From Candidatus Sulfomarinibacteraceae bacterium (GTDB lineage Bacteria; Acidobacteriota; Thermoanaerobaculia; Thermoanaerobaculales; Sulfomarinibacteraceae), in assembly GCA_963796455.1 (NCBI GenBank), contig CAWCLO010000003.1:128001-192000 (forward strand): a stretch of 64,000 nucleotides of DNA, given 5' to 3'. Under the pieces are notes generated by a model, which had not been told where the DNA came from, ran no database searches, and saw nothing but the letters and a program-made list of their open reading frames with translations. The position numbers and the translations under genes were made by a program. Shown here piece after piece: positions 28,992 to 38,489 of this stretch; position 1 is the stretch's first letter; the number at the start of each line of letters is the position of its first letter.

Positions 28992-29645
28992 ATGAAACAG
29001 AAAACCTGTGTCTTCGGAGTCATTGTTCTTCTTTGTATCGCCACCGCACCCGCCCAGGCTGCGGATCCCGGTTGGCGGGTGCGGGTCTTTGCCGCCGGCT
29101 TCGATCCCGATCTCGACGTCGTCGTACCCGCCGAAAACCCCGAGGAGGTCCGGGTCACCGCCGACAGTGATCTCGGATTCGGCGCCAGCCTCGAGTACCA
29201 GTTCAGCAGTCTCCTCGGGGTCGAGTTGGGGATCATGCAGGCAAGCCCAGAGATCAAGCTGACCGCCGAGGATATCCCGGGCTACGGCGACATTCACCTG
29301 ACGGACTCCATGTCGACAACCGCCGTCAGCCTCGACCTCAACTTCCATCTGACACCCAACAGCCAGTCGTTTGACTTCTATCTCGGCGCCGGTCTGGTCA
29401 ACCTGTCCTACGGGAACCTGAGCTACCTCGAACCGGACGGGGACACGTTGGTTCTCCAGACAAGCAACGATCTCGGTTATTCCGCCAAGGCCGGCATCGG
29501 GATTTCCCTCGGCAAGAACAGCAAATGGGCGGCCTTTGGCAGCCTCCGTTACATCTGGTCGGATTTGGAGGTCACGCAGGAAGAAACAGCGACCTTCGAT
29601 TTCAATATCGTGAACGTCACGGTTGGCATCGCCTACAGCTTCTGA
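28992..29645 (+). CDS. Outer-membrane beta-barrel protein (OmpW/OmpA-like)
   Basis: SD GGAGGTG, signal peptide, alternating beta-strands, C-terminal VGIAYSF. Confidence 0.85.
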   Translation: MKQKTCVFGVIVLLCIATAPAQAADPGWRVRVFAAGFDPDLDVVVPAENPEEVRVTADSDLGFGASLEYQFSSLLGVELGIMQASPEIKLTAEDIPGYGDIHLTDSMSTTAVSLDLNFHLTPNSQSFDFYLGAGLVNLSYGNLSYLEPDGDTLVLQTSNDLGYSAKAGIGISLGKNSKWAAFGSLRYIWSDLEVTQEETATFDFNIVNVTVGIAYSF

Positions 29646-29740
29646 GGACGGATCATGGGCGCGGGCCCGTGCCCGTGTCCGTGCCCGGACGGAGAAACCG
29701 CAGATCACGCAGATCGACGCGGATGCCAGGCTCATTGCGA
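29472..29740 (+). repeat. ~270-bp direct repeat, copy 1 (3' end of the OMP gene plus the family 2 left arm)
   Basis: Matches 32174-32442 with 7 mismatches by manual comparison. Confidence 0.95.
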
Positions 29741-29817
29741 AAGCATCGGCCATCACTTCAATCGAACTGCATTGGCGTCCGGGGTCCTCAACGCAACGGC
29801 GCAATCAATCGGCGGCA

Positions 29818-29843
29818 AGGGGCGGCTTCGGCCGCCCCTGTTG
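29818..29843 (+). terminator. Terminator-like hairpin
   Basis: AGGGGCGGC-TTCG-GCCGCCCCT-GTT, same stem as at 23171. Confidence 0.6.
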
Positions 29844-30089
29844 GGTGCAGGTTGCACCGAGCAACACAAAGTCACAATTGGTGGAATCAGTGATCTGTCA
29901 ATCGTCCTTTTCGGTCGGAGTGATAGAGGACGATTCTGCGATATGGTGGGGGTCCGACGATCGGCGTCCGAACGCTCTAGGGAGTAACGGTTTTCAACTC
30001 ACCCGAAATCTCTGGTCATCGAAGCCCAATGAAGGCTGGTCGGTCTTTCCGAGGCGCCCCCTCTGACGCCTCCGGCATAGGATAGATCC

Positions 30090-30869
30090 ATGCCGGCACC
30101 ATCCGCCACCAGCGTCTACGTTCAGAATTTCTTTGTGAGCCTGTGGTCCGCGGTGCGCGACCTGCTGCCGATTTTTGTGGTCATCGTGGTCTTCCAGGCA
30201 TTCGTCCTGCGCCAGCCTTTTCCCAACGTGGCTGAGGTACTGGTCGGAGCCTTGTTCGTGGTGGTCGGTCTGATGTTTTTCGTGCAGGGGCTGGAGATGG
30301 GTCTGTTTCCCATCGGTGAGGCGATGGCCTACGCTTTTGCGCGCAAGGGCAGTCTGACGTGGCTCCTGGTCTTTGGTTTTTTGCTCGGCTTTTCCACAAC
30401 GATCGCAGAACCGGCGCTGATCGCGATCGCCGGGGAGGCGGCGAACGTCGCGGCCGAGGCGGATTTCATCGGGTCGGACGACCGTGCCCGTTCCGTTTAC
30501 GCCCTCCAGCTGCGGCTGACCGTCGCTCTGTCCGTCGGTGTGGCGATCGTACTCGGCATATTCCGTATTCTGCGCGGGTGGCCGGTCCAGATCCTGATCA
30601 TCGGCGGATACGTCATTGTCACTCTTTTGACTTTTTTCGCACCCGCCATGATCATCGGGATCGCCTTCGATTCCGGCGGCGTCACGACGTCCACTGTGAC
30701 TGTACCGCTGGTAACCGCTCTCGGTGTCGGCCTGGCCACTTCGATCCAAGGCCGAAACCCGCTGATTGACGGTTTTGGTCTGATCGCACTCGCATCGCTC
30801 CTGCCGATGATCTTTGTGATGCTTTTAGGTATCGTCCGGTTTGGTCCTCAGATTCCAGGGGTCGGATGA
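30090..30869 (+). CDS. DUF1538 membrane protein
   Basis: TTIAEPAL, AFDSGGVTTSTVTVP, DGFGLIALASL. Confidence 0.9.
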   Translation: MPAPSATSVYVQNFFVSLWSAVRDLLPIFVVIVVFQAFVLRQPFPNVAEVLVGALFVVVGLMFFVQGLEMGLFPIGEAMAYAFARKGSLTWLLVFGFLLGFSTTIAEPALIAIAGEAANVAAEADFIGSDDRARSVYALQLRLTVALSVGVAIVLGIFRILRGWPVQILIIGGYVIVTLLTFFAPAMIIGIAFDSGGVTTSTVTVPLVTALGVGLATSIQGRNPLIDGFGLIALASLLPMIFVMLLGIVRFGPQIPGVG

Positions 30870-30891
30870 ATAGCGGAAGGAGGGTTTTGTC

Positions 30892-31671
30892 GTGATCGAA
30901 GGCCTCTCCGGTGCGCTACTCGCGACAGCCCGTGACGTGTTCGCGGTCACCGCGCTGCTCCTGAGCTTTCAGTTCTTTGTGCTGCGGAAGCCGATTCCAC
31001 ACTTGAAACGAATGCTCGTCGGTTTCATATTCGTTGTTGTCGGGCTGGCGTTCTTCCTCATGGGCCTCGAGATGGCGCTTTTTCCCCTTGGGCAGCACAT
31101 GGCCACCGAACTATCGTCCCCGGAGTTCGTCTTCGGGACCCTTGCGACGCCCGAGTCACCGCCGTGGTGGAAGTACGGTTGGATCTACCTCTTTGCCGCG
31201 ATCATCGGTTTCTCCACAACCCTGGCGGAACCCGCCCTGATTGCCGTCGCATTCAAGGCCAATGAGGCCTCGCGAGGGACGATCCGGCCCTGGGGGCTTC
31301 GATTGGTCGTCGCCGTCGGTGTGGCCGCAGGCATTTCGCTCGGCACCTTCCGCATCGTCACCGGCACCCCGTTGGTGTGGTTCATCGCGACCGGTTATCT
31401 GGTCGTTCTGGTGCAGACCTTTTTCGCACCGAAGTCGATCATTCCGCTGGCCTACGATTCGGGCGGCGTCACGACCTCCACCGTGACGGTCCCGCTCGTG
31501 ACCGCGCTCGGCCTCGGTTTGAGCGCGACCATACCCGGCCGAAACCCCGCGCTCGACGGTTTCGGGCTGATCGCATTCGCCAGTCTGTTCCCGATGATCA
31601 CGGTCATGGGTTACGCCCAAATCGCCGGGTGGTGGGACCGCATGCGCCTGAAATACCCCGAGGAGGGATGA
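30892..31671 (+). CDS. DUF1538 membrane protein (paralog)
   Basis: TTLAEPAL, AYDSGGVTTSTVTVP, DGFGLIAFASL. Confidence 0.9.
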   Translation: MIEGLSGALLATARDVFAVTALLLSFQFFVLRKPIPHLKRMLVGFIFVVVGLAFFLMGLEMALFPLGQHMATELSSPEFVFGTLATPESPPWWKYGWIYLFAAIIGFSTTLAEPALIAVAFKANEASRGTIRPWGLRLVVAVGVAAGISLGTFRIVTGTPLVWFIATGYLVVLVQTFFAPKSIIPLAYDSGGVTTSTVTVPLVTALGLGLSATIPGRNPALDGFGLIAFASLFPMITVMGYAQIAGWWDRMRLKYPEEG

Positions 31672-31672
31672 C

Positions 31673-32002
31673 ATGAATTTCAAAGTTATCGTCGCCGCAC
31701 TCAAACCGGACGTCACCGACAGGGTGGTTGAAGCGGCAAAAGCCTGCGGCATCTCCGGCGCGACCATCGTGCCGGGCCGCGGAACCGGAATGCACGACGC
31801 CAAGACTTTTCTCGGTCTGACCCTCGAGATGCAGACCGATGTCGTCATCTTTCTGGCAGAGGAAGATCTGATCCAACCTGTGATGACGGCAATTCGCACT
31901 GCCGGCAGACTGGACGAGCACGGCACGGGCGTGGTTTTTGTTCTGGGAGTGGATGAGGTGGCCGGCATCAAGGAAGAGATCGTCCGCCGCGGGTCGGAGT
32001 GA
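31673..32002 (+). CDS. P-II-like regulator
   Basis: GATIVPGRGTG, GTGVVFVLGVDEVAG; typical partner of DUF1538. Confidence 0.88.
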   Translation: MNFKVIVAALKPDVTDRVVEAAKACGISGATIVPGRGTGMHDAKTFLGLTLEMQTDVVIFLAEEDLIQPVMTAIRTAGRLDEHGTGVVFVLGVDEVAGIKEEIVRRGSE

Positions 32003-32008
32003 CCCGGC

Positions 32009-32135
32009 ACGCCCTGTCCGAGACCCGGTTCCGGGTGTTCGTGAAGGTCCACCCTGACATTTGAAGAGCCTCCTCGTGGTCGGGGGACTGGTGATAGTGG
32101 AAACCCAGACGTTCAAAGGACCGGCCCACATCGAC
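32009..32135 (+). pseudogene. Degenerate remnant of a nifJ 3' end
   Basis: 32009-32057 matches nifJ 21985-22033 at 43/49 nt; weaker similarity continues (FKGPAHID versus YKQLANLH). Confidence 0.75.
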
Positions 32136-32173
32136 GTGCGCCGTGCGAGAGGCCCGTTCGGCGATTGCGCACG

Positions 32174-32347
32174 CTCGGTTATTCCGCCAAGGCCGGCATC
32201 GGGATTTCCCTCGGCAAGAACAGCAAATGGGCGGCCTTTGGCAGCCTCCGTTACATCTGGTCGGATTTGGAGGTCACGCAGGAAGAAACAGCGACCTTCG
32301 ATTTCAATATCGTGAACGCCACGGTTGGCTTCGCCTACAGCTTCTGA
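32174..32347 (+). pseudogene. Duplicated 3' end of the OMP gene (direct repeat copy 2)
   Basis: LGYSAKAGIG...VGFAYSF*, 2 nt differences from 29472-29645. Confidence 0.9.
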
Positions 32348-32389
32348 GGACGGATCATGGACGCGGGCCCGTGCCCGTGTCCGTGACCG

Positions 32390-33062
32390 GACGGAGAAAC
32401 CGCAGATCACGCAGATAGACGCAGATGCCAGGCTCGTTGCGAAGACATCAGCCACCGCTGCAAACAAACCACGTCCGCCTCCCGAGTTCTTAACGCAGAG
32501 ACGCAAAGGCGCAACGACGCAGAGGGCTTCCCGGCAACATCCCCAGTCCGGCGAGATCCTGGCCGCCCTGGGCGGCCAGGTACCGCTGGGTCAGGAAACC
32601 GCTCCGAAAACCAACTCTCGTCGCGGTTTCCTGACCCAGCGGCCTGCGCAGTCGCGTAGGTCTCGCCTCCTTCCTCTCCTATTCTTCAATCATGGGAGGA
32701 AGTCACCGAAGCAAGGCAGAACCGGCATGCCGGAGGCGTGCCGGAGGGTGGGAAGCGGGGTGACTCCGAGCGCTGGCGATTGGAGTCTCCCCTCTTCTCA
32801 CCGGCGACGGGCGATCGGAGATCGTCTGGCGATCTGCCGACACTGATGGCACCCTCGCACAAGATCTGCAACTTCACCTTGGCGTCTTTGCGACTTTGCG
32901 TTCTTTGCGTTCTTTGCGGTTCAACCATGTGCACGCGAGACGCGTGCACCACCATGGTGGTGCAGCCGTCCCGGCTGCACTCCGGTCGTGCCTTTGCGAT
33001 GGCTTCTGTGTTTTTCTGTGTGTTCTGTGGGCGTTCTTCCGCCTTTTCTACTCTGTGGTTCT
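32390..33062. mobile_element. Family 2 composite element copy 2 (longer version)
   Basis: Left arm GGAGAAACCGCAGATCACGCAGAT; perfect 20-bp IR 32583-32642; palindrome 32558-32580; 32643-33028 homologous to 4731-5115. Confidence 0.7.
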
Positions 33063-33148
33063 TTCTCCCGTGCTCCTTTGCCGGATTCGAACTTGGACGC
33101 GGACTCGGACGCGTACGAGGGTCCTCGGGATCGGGATCGGCTCAAGAA

Positions 33149-33802
33149 TCAGCCGGAAACGTAGGGATTGGTGGAGCGCTCGCGGCCGATCGTCGTATCG
33201 GGTCCGTGACCGCAGATCACTCGGGTCTCATCGGGCAGAGTGTAGAGCTGCTCTCGGATCGAGCGCTCCAGAACATCAAAGGACCCGCCCGGCAGGTCGG
33301 TCCGGCCGATGGACCCGGCAAAGAGCACGTCACCCACCACCGCCGTCGCGCCTTGCTCCGGCGAGAGAATAAAGCAGACCCCACCGGGTGAATGGCCAGG
33401 GGTGTGGCGCACCTCAACGTTGAGGTTTCCAATAGTGAGCGTCTCGCCGTGTTTCAGATCGAGATCCGGTTCGGGTGGCGCCTCCACCTCGAGCCCGAAC
33501 ATCTGGGCCTGCATTGGAGCATTGCGATAGAGATCGATCTCGTCGGGGTGGAGGCCGACCGGCAAACGGCCTCCGAGCAGGCGGTGGATCTCGGCGGTGG
33601 CTCCGACGTGGTCGAGGTGCCCGTGGGTGTGGAGAATCATAGTGGGTCGCAAACCCGAATCACGAACACGCTCGGCGATCCGCTCACCCTCTTCACCCGG
33701 GTCGATGACGACCAGCTCACCCGCTTCGGCATCACCCAGCAACACACAGTTGGCTTGAATCGGACCGACTGCAAAAACATCAAGAAAGAGCGAAGGCGTC
33801 AT
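33149..33802 (-). CDS. MBL-fold metallo-hydrolase (glyoxalase II-like)
   Basis: THGHLDHVG, TPGHSPG, GDVLFAGSIGRTD, GHGP. Confidence 0.93.
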   Translation of the reverse strand: MTPSLFLDVFAVGPIQANCVLLGDAEAGELVVIDPGEEGERIAERVRDSGLRPTMILHTHGHLDHVGATAEIHRLLGGRLPVGLHPDEIDLYRNAPMQAQMFGLEVEAPPEPDLDLKHGETLTIGNLNVEVRHTPGHSPGGVCFILSPEQGATAVVGDVLFAGSIGRTDLPGGSFDVLERSIREQLYTLPDETRVICGHGPDTTIGRERSTNPYVSG

Positions 33803-33809
33803 TAGCCCC

Positions 33810-34757
33810 TTACCCGTGGAGAATTTCGGAGTTCGGATTTCGGGTTGCGGGTTTTCGTCTCCACCCGCTCAGTGGCTGAGGTTGCCGGCACTCCGAATTC
33901 CGAATTCCGAATTCCGAACTCATTTGAAATACCCTTTCCACCAGAAGCCCCATCATCTTGACCAATTTAGGTTTCGCCTTCTCACCCTCTTCGAGAACCT
34001 CGGTATGGGTCAACGGTCGATCCACCAGACCGGCAGCCGGGTTGGCGGCAAAGGACAGAACCAAGATCTTCAGCCCCATGTGGTGGGCTGCGATGACTTC
34101 CGGGACGGTCGACATACCGACCACCGTTCCGCCGAGCTTCTGCAGCATGCGAATTTCTGCCGGTGTTTCGAAGGAGGGGCCGAGCAGGGCCGCATAAACG
34201 CCTTCGCGGACATCGAAACCGGCTTCCGAGGCCGTTGCAAGCGCCACCCGCCGAAGATCGGCGTCATAAACCTCGGACATGTCAGGGAACTGGGGACCGA
34301 ATGCTGTGCCCCATTCCCCTACGAGTGGGTTGGAACCCTGGAGATTGATGTGGTCGGCAATGACCACCAGGGACCCGGCCACGACTGCAGGATCCAACGA
34401 ACCCGTGGCATTGGTCGCGATCATCGTCTCCGCACCGAGCAGACCCGCAAGCCTCACCGGCGCCACCACCTCCTCCGGCCGGTAGCCCTGGTAGAGATGG
34501 AAGCGACCATTGAGAACCATCAGGGTCTCGACGCCGCGGCGCCACAGCGTGATGCTCTGGCGATGGCCCATGAGGGTCTGGATATGGAAGGGAAAAACGG
34601 TCTGGAGATCGATCTCCTCGCGCGCCGTCCAGCCGGGAATCTCGAGGCTGAGGCCGGAGCCGGCCACCAAGAGACCGCGCACTTTTCCCGGAGAATGGTG
34701 TTCTCGGAAATCGTTCGCAACCTGCCGCATCTGATCGGGTGTCAACTGAGCGCCCAT
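33810..34757 (-). CDS. Purine-nucleoside phosphorylase (trimeric type) with a repeat-derived C-terminal tail
   Basis: GSGL, GRFHLYQG, TNATG, DHIN, GPSFETPAE, VGMSTVPE. Confidence 0.93.
   Translation of the reverse strand: MGAQLTPDQMRQVANDFREHHSPGKVRGLLVAGSGLSLEIPGWTAREEIDLQTVFPFHIQTLMGHRQSITLWRRGVETLMVLNGRFHLYQGYRPEEVVAPVRLAGLLGAETMIATNATGSLDPAVVAGSLVVIADHINLQGSNPLVGEWGTAFGPQFPDMSEVYDADLRRVALATASEAGFDVREGVYAALLGPSFETPAEIRMLQKLGGTVVGMSTVPEVIAAHHMGLKILVLSFAANPAAGLVDRPLTHTEVLEEGEKAKPKLVKMMGLLVERVFQMSSEFGIRNSECRQPQPLSGWRRKPATRNPNSEILHG
33821..33925. repeat. Inverted heptamer cassette overlapping the PNP 3' end
   Basis: GAATTTCGGAGTTCGGATTTCGGG ... CTCCGAATTCCGAATTCCGAATTCCGAACTC. Confidence 0.9.
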
Positions 34758-34780
34758 GGCGCGAAGACTAACACAAAAGG

Positions 34781-34900
34781 AAATTCCGGATTTCAAATTT
34801 CGGATTTCGGAATTTCAGCCTGCCCCCCAGTCAATCGCCGGGTAAATCGAAAGGGATCAGGAAGATAAATTCCCAAATGCGAAATCCTAAATCCAAAATC
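34781..34900. repeat. Inverted heptamer cassette (degenerate)
   Basis: GGATTTCAAATTTCGGATTTCGGAATTTC ... AAATTCCCAAATGCGAAATCCTAAATCCAAAATC. Confidence 0.75.
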
Positions 34901-34961
34901 TGCGTCCGGTGATCTCCATCTCTACCAACGCCCCGTCAGTTCTGCTAGTGTTGCGCCCGCA

Positions 34962-37900
34962 ATGGCACGAATTCGTCTGCACTCGGTGAAGCTGTCGGGC
35001 TTCAAGTCTTTTCCTGATGAGGTGGAACTCGCCTTTCCGGGAAGGGTGTCGGCGATTATCGGACCGAACGGATGCGGCAAGTCCAATCTGGTGGACGCTA
35101 TCCTCTGGGTTCTGGGCGAACAGAGCCCCTCGCTCATGCGCCTCAAACAGATGGGGGATGTGGTCTTCTCCGGTGCCAAATCGCGACCGGCGGCGGGCTC
35201 GGCGGAGGTCACTCTTGTCCTGGCATCGGACGAGGGTCACTGGAAAGAAACCGACGGCCGGCTCGAGGTTCGGCGCCGCGTCTTCCGGACCGGTCCTTCC
35301 GAATACCGGCTCAACGGGCGCACCGTACGACTGAAGGACATCTTCGATGAACTTGCCGGCGTCGGTCTCGGCACCCGTGCCTACTCCATCATCGAACAGG
35401 GCCGGGTCGGTCAGGTGCTTTCAGCGCGCCCGATCGACCGCCGGGCGCTGCTCGAGGAAGCCGCCGGAATCACCCGCTATAAGGCCCGCAAGCACGAATC
35501 TGAGCTCAAGCTCGAGCACACCCGCCAGAATCTTCTCCGCCTCGATGACGTGATCTCCGAGGTCGACCGGACGCTGCGCCAGATCAAACGCCAGGCCAAA
35601 CAGGCCGAACGTCACCAGAAGCTCGAAATCGAACTCGTCGAACACCTGCGACGTCTCTTCACCATCGAGGCCCACAGCCTCGACGCACAGCGAACCGAAG
35701 TGACCCGCCGGCGCGCGATGGGCCAGAATGAGGTCGCTGCCGCCGCTGCGGCCCTCGGTGGCTGCGACGCAGACCTCGGCGGGGCCAGAAAAGAGCTCGA
35801 GGTAGCCCGTCACGAGACTGAAGCGGCTCGCGAAGAGGTCGCGACCCTGCTCGGTTCCCGCGAGCGCCTGGAGGCCTTTCTCGAACGCTCCGCCGACATG
35901 CTCGACACGCTGCGTGCGTCGCTCGACCACACCAAGACCGAGACAGCCACCCTTGGTTCCTCTCGCGGTACCCTCGAGACCGCACTCACAGAGGCCGGCA
36001 GCCGCCATGAGGATCTGCTGACCAATCTCGAACGGATGCAAAAGGACGTCGCCGCCGCACGCACATCCTACGAGGAGACGGACGGACGACGCGGGGAGGC
36101 CGAACAGGCCGCCGCGAAACAACGGCAGGATCTTCTCCGGACCATCTCATCGCTGACCGAGAGCCGCAATCGTCTCGGCGATTTCGAGCGCGAAAAAGAC
36201 CGTCTCACCTACACCCTGAGTCAACTCGACCGCGATCAGAAACGGCTCATGGAGCGTCACCAGGAACTCGGTGAAAACGTCGGACAGGCCGCCGAGAAGA
36301 GTCGGGCCGCAGCGGCAAGCGCCAAAGAGATCGCAACACGCCGTCGTGAAATTTCCGACCGCCGAGCCCGCCTCCAGGAGGAAGCGACCACCGTCAAACA
36401 CGACAACGAGTCCCTCGGCCACTCTTTGTGGGATCTCCGCCACCGGCTCCAGGGAGTCGAACGCCAGATCGCACGACATGCAGCCGCGGCCGACGCGATG
36501 AGTGACATGATCCCCACCGATCTCGTGATCGGTCAGCTTGGTGACTTCCTCCACCCCGACGCCGAGCTCGCACCGCTGCTCGACCGCGCGTGGCGGGAAT
36601 GGCTCGAGCTCCCCGTCGTCCGTGCTCAGGCCCTTTCGAGCGAACAGCTCATGATTGCCAGAGAACTCGAAGGGCGCGTGCGGCTGGTGGCGGCGGACGA
36701 GGTGCCCGAGGCGGCGCCGGCGGCGGTGCCGAACGGTGCCCGCGACCTCCTCGCCGAGGCCGGTGTCGAGCCCAGACACCGCGGTTGGCTGACCCGCTCA
36801 TTGCCGCCGACATACTTTGTTGACGACGCACGACGGGCCGCGGCAATCGCCGACGAAAACCCGACCGCGATCGTGGTCAGCTCAGACGGGGTACTCCGAC
36901 AGGGGCGGGTTCTAGAACCCACCACCGCTGGAGACCGTCATCCCGGTGCTTTGGTCCTCCGCACCCATCAGCTTGAACTGCGAAAAAATATCGACGAGTT
37001 CACGGCTCGCACCGAGAGTTCGTCCGACCGCCTGCGAGAAGTCAGCGCCGAGTTGGAGGGCCAGACCCTGAGCCTGTCCAGCCTCGATGCCGAACTGGTG
37101 GATGCAGAACAAGAACGGGCGAGGACCGCGGCGATCGCAGACTCCCTGGCGCAGGATCTCGGCCGGGTCGAACGGGAGCTGGAGTCACTGGCGGCTGAAA
37201 AAGACCGCAACCTGGCGACCGCCACGGAGATCGACAACCGCCACCAGCGCCTTGAAATCGAGGTTGGAGAACTTGACCAACGCAGCCATGATCTCGAACA
37301 CGCCGTCGAGGACGCAGCCAACAAACTCGCGGTCCGGCGTGAAGAGACCGCCGAGAGACTTCGCGAACTTGACAGATGGCTCGCCGAAGAGCGGCTGGCC
37401 AAAGAACGAACCGAGGCCGCCCGGATCGAGGTCGAACGCGTAAAGAGCGAAATCGCCGCACTTGAAACCAGGGTGGGCGCGCTCGGGACCGAAGCCGAAC
37501 GGCTCGGCGCCGAAAAGGAAAACACCGAAAGAGAGGTGGTTCGGTCACGCACTCGTCTGGCGGAGGAACAGGGGCTGCTCGCCGCAGCGAGAGAACACGA
37601 ACGCCGGCAGGCCGAGGGAGTCGAGAACATCGCCAATCGTGTGGAAACGCTGGAAAAAGAGGTCCGTAAGCGGCGTGAACTGCACGACCAGGAACGCGAG
37701 AAACTGCACGCGATCGAGGTCGAGCTGACCCGCACCGAAGGAGAATGGGAGCGACTTCGAGAGCACGCGGCGGACGAACTGGGGATCGGACCGGAAGAGC
37801 TGCTTGCCGCCGAGCCCGATACCGAGGAAGACGCCGATGTCCTGCGCACCGACATCGACGGTATCCGGGCCAAACTGGAACGTCTCGGCCCTGTCAATCT

Positions 37901-38480
37901 CCTGGCGCTCAAGGAACTCGACGAACTGCAGGAACGATCGGAGTTTCTGGGTGGCCAGCGCAAGGACCTCGTGGAGGCCCTCAAAGCCCTGGACGAGACG
38001 ATTCGCGAAATCGACGCCACCTGCACCGAACGTTTTGTCGCGACATTCGAAAAGGTCAACGCAGTCTTTGCCGAAACCTTCAGCACGCTTTTCGGTGGCG
38101 GCACGGCCCGTCTCGATCTGGTGGACGAGGACGACCCGCTGGAGTCCGGAATCGATATCACCGCGCAACCTCCCGGCAAACGGAACCAGTCGGTGCAGTT
38201 GTTGTCCGGTGGCGAGAAGGCCTTGAGCGCTCTGTCTCTTCTGCTGGCGCTTTTCCGCATCAAGCCTTCCCCCTTCTGCATCCTCGATGAGGTCGACGCG
38301 CCCCTCGATGACGCCAATGTCGGCCGTTTTTCAGATCTCGTGAAGGCGATGACCGAACACACCCAGTTTGTCCTCATCACCCACAACCGCCGCACCATGG
38401 CCCACGCCGATCTGCTTTATGGCGTGACGATGGAAGAGCCCGGTGTCTCCAAGGTCGTTTCGGTGCGGGTGGAAGAGTGA
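34962..38480 (+). CDS. smc: Chromosome segregation protein SMC
   Basis: GFKSF, GPNGCGKSN, long coiled coils, LLSGGEK, ILDEVDAPLD. Confidence 0.97.
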   Translation: MARIRLHSVKLSGFKSFPDEVELAFPGRVSAIIGPNGCGKSNLVDAILWVLGEQSPSLMRLKQMGDVVFSGAKSRPAAGSAEVTLVLASDEGHWKETDGRLEVRRRVFRTGPSEYRLNGRTVRLKDIFDELAGVGLGTRAYSIIEQGRVGQVLSARPIDRRALLEEAAGITRYKARKHESELKLEHTRQNLLRLDDVISEVDRTLRQIKRQAKQAERHQKLEIELVEHLRRLFTIEAHSLDAQRTEVTRRRAMGQNEVAAAAAALGGCDADLGGARKELEVARHETEAAREEVATLLGSRERLEAFLERSADMLDTLRASLDHTKTETATLGSSRGTLETALTEAGSRHEDLLTNLERMQKDVAAARTSYEETDGRRGEAEQAAAKQRQDLLRTISSLTESRNRLGDFEREKDRLTYTLSQLDRDQKRLMERHQELGENVGQAAEKSRAAAASAKEIATRRREISDRRARLQEEATTVKHDNESLGHSLWDLRHRLQGVERQIARHAAAADAMSDMIPTDLVIGQLGDFLHPDAELAPLLDRAWREWLELPVVRAQALSSEQLMIARELEGRVRLVAADEVPEAAPAAVPNGARDLLAEAGVEPRHRGWLTRSLPPTYFVDDARRAAAIADENPTAIVVSSDGVLRQGRVLEPTTAGDRHPGALVLRTHQLELRKNIDEFTARTESSSDRLREVSAELEGQTLSLSSLDAELVDAEQERARTAAIADSLAQDLGRVERELESLAAEKDRNLATATEIDNRHQRLEIEVGELDQRSHDLEHAVEDAANKLAVRREETAERLRELDRWLAEERLAKERTEAARIEVERVKSEIAALETRVGALGTEAERLGAEKENTEREVVRSRTRLAEEQGLLAAAREHERRQAEGVENIANRVETLEKEVRKRRELHDQEREKLHAIEVELTRTEGEWERLREHAADELGIGPEELLAAEPDTEEDADVLRTDIDGIRAKLERLGPVNLLALKELDELQERSEFLGGQRKDLVEALKALDETIREIDATCTERFVATFEKVNAVFAETFSTLFGGGTARLDLVDEDDPLESGIDITAQPPGKRNQSVQLLSGGEKALSALSLLLALFRIKPSPFCILDEVDAPLDDANVGRFSDLVKAMTEHTQFVLITHNRRTMAHADLLYGVTMEEPGVSKVVSVRVEE

Positions 38481-38489
38481 AGTAAGGAT

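Noticed and set aside
29472..32442. OMP 3'-end duplication as a DGR template/variable repeat pair, given the Avd-like genes nearby
   Set aside because: The mismatches are few and not adenine-specific in either direction, and there is no reverse transcriptase in the window
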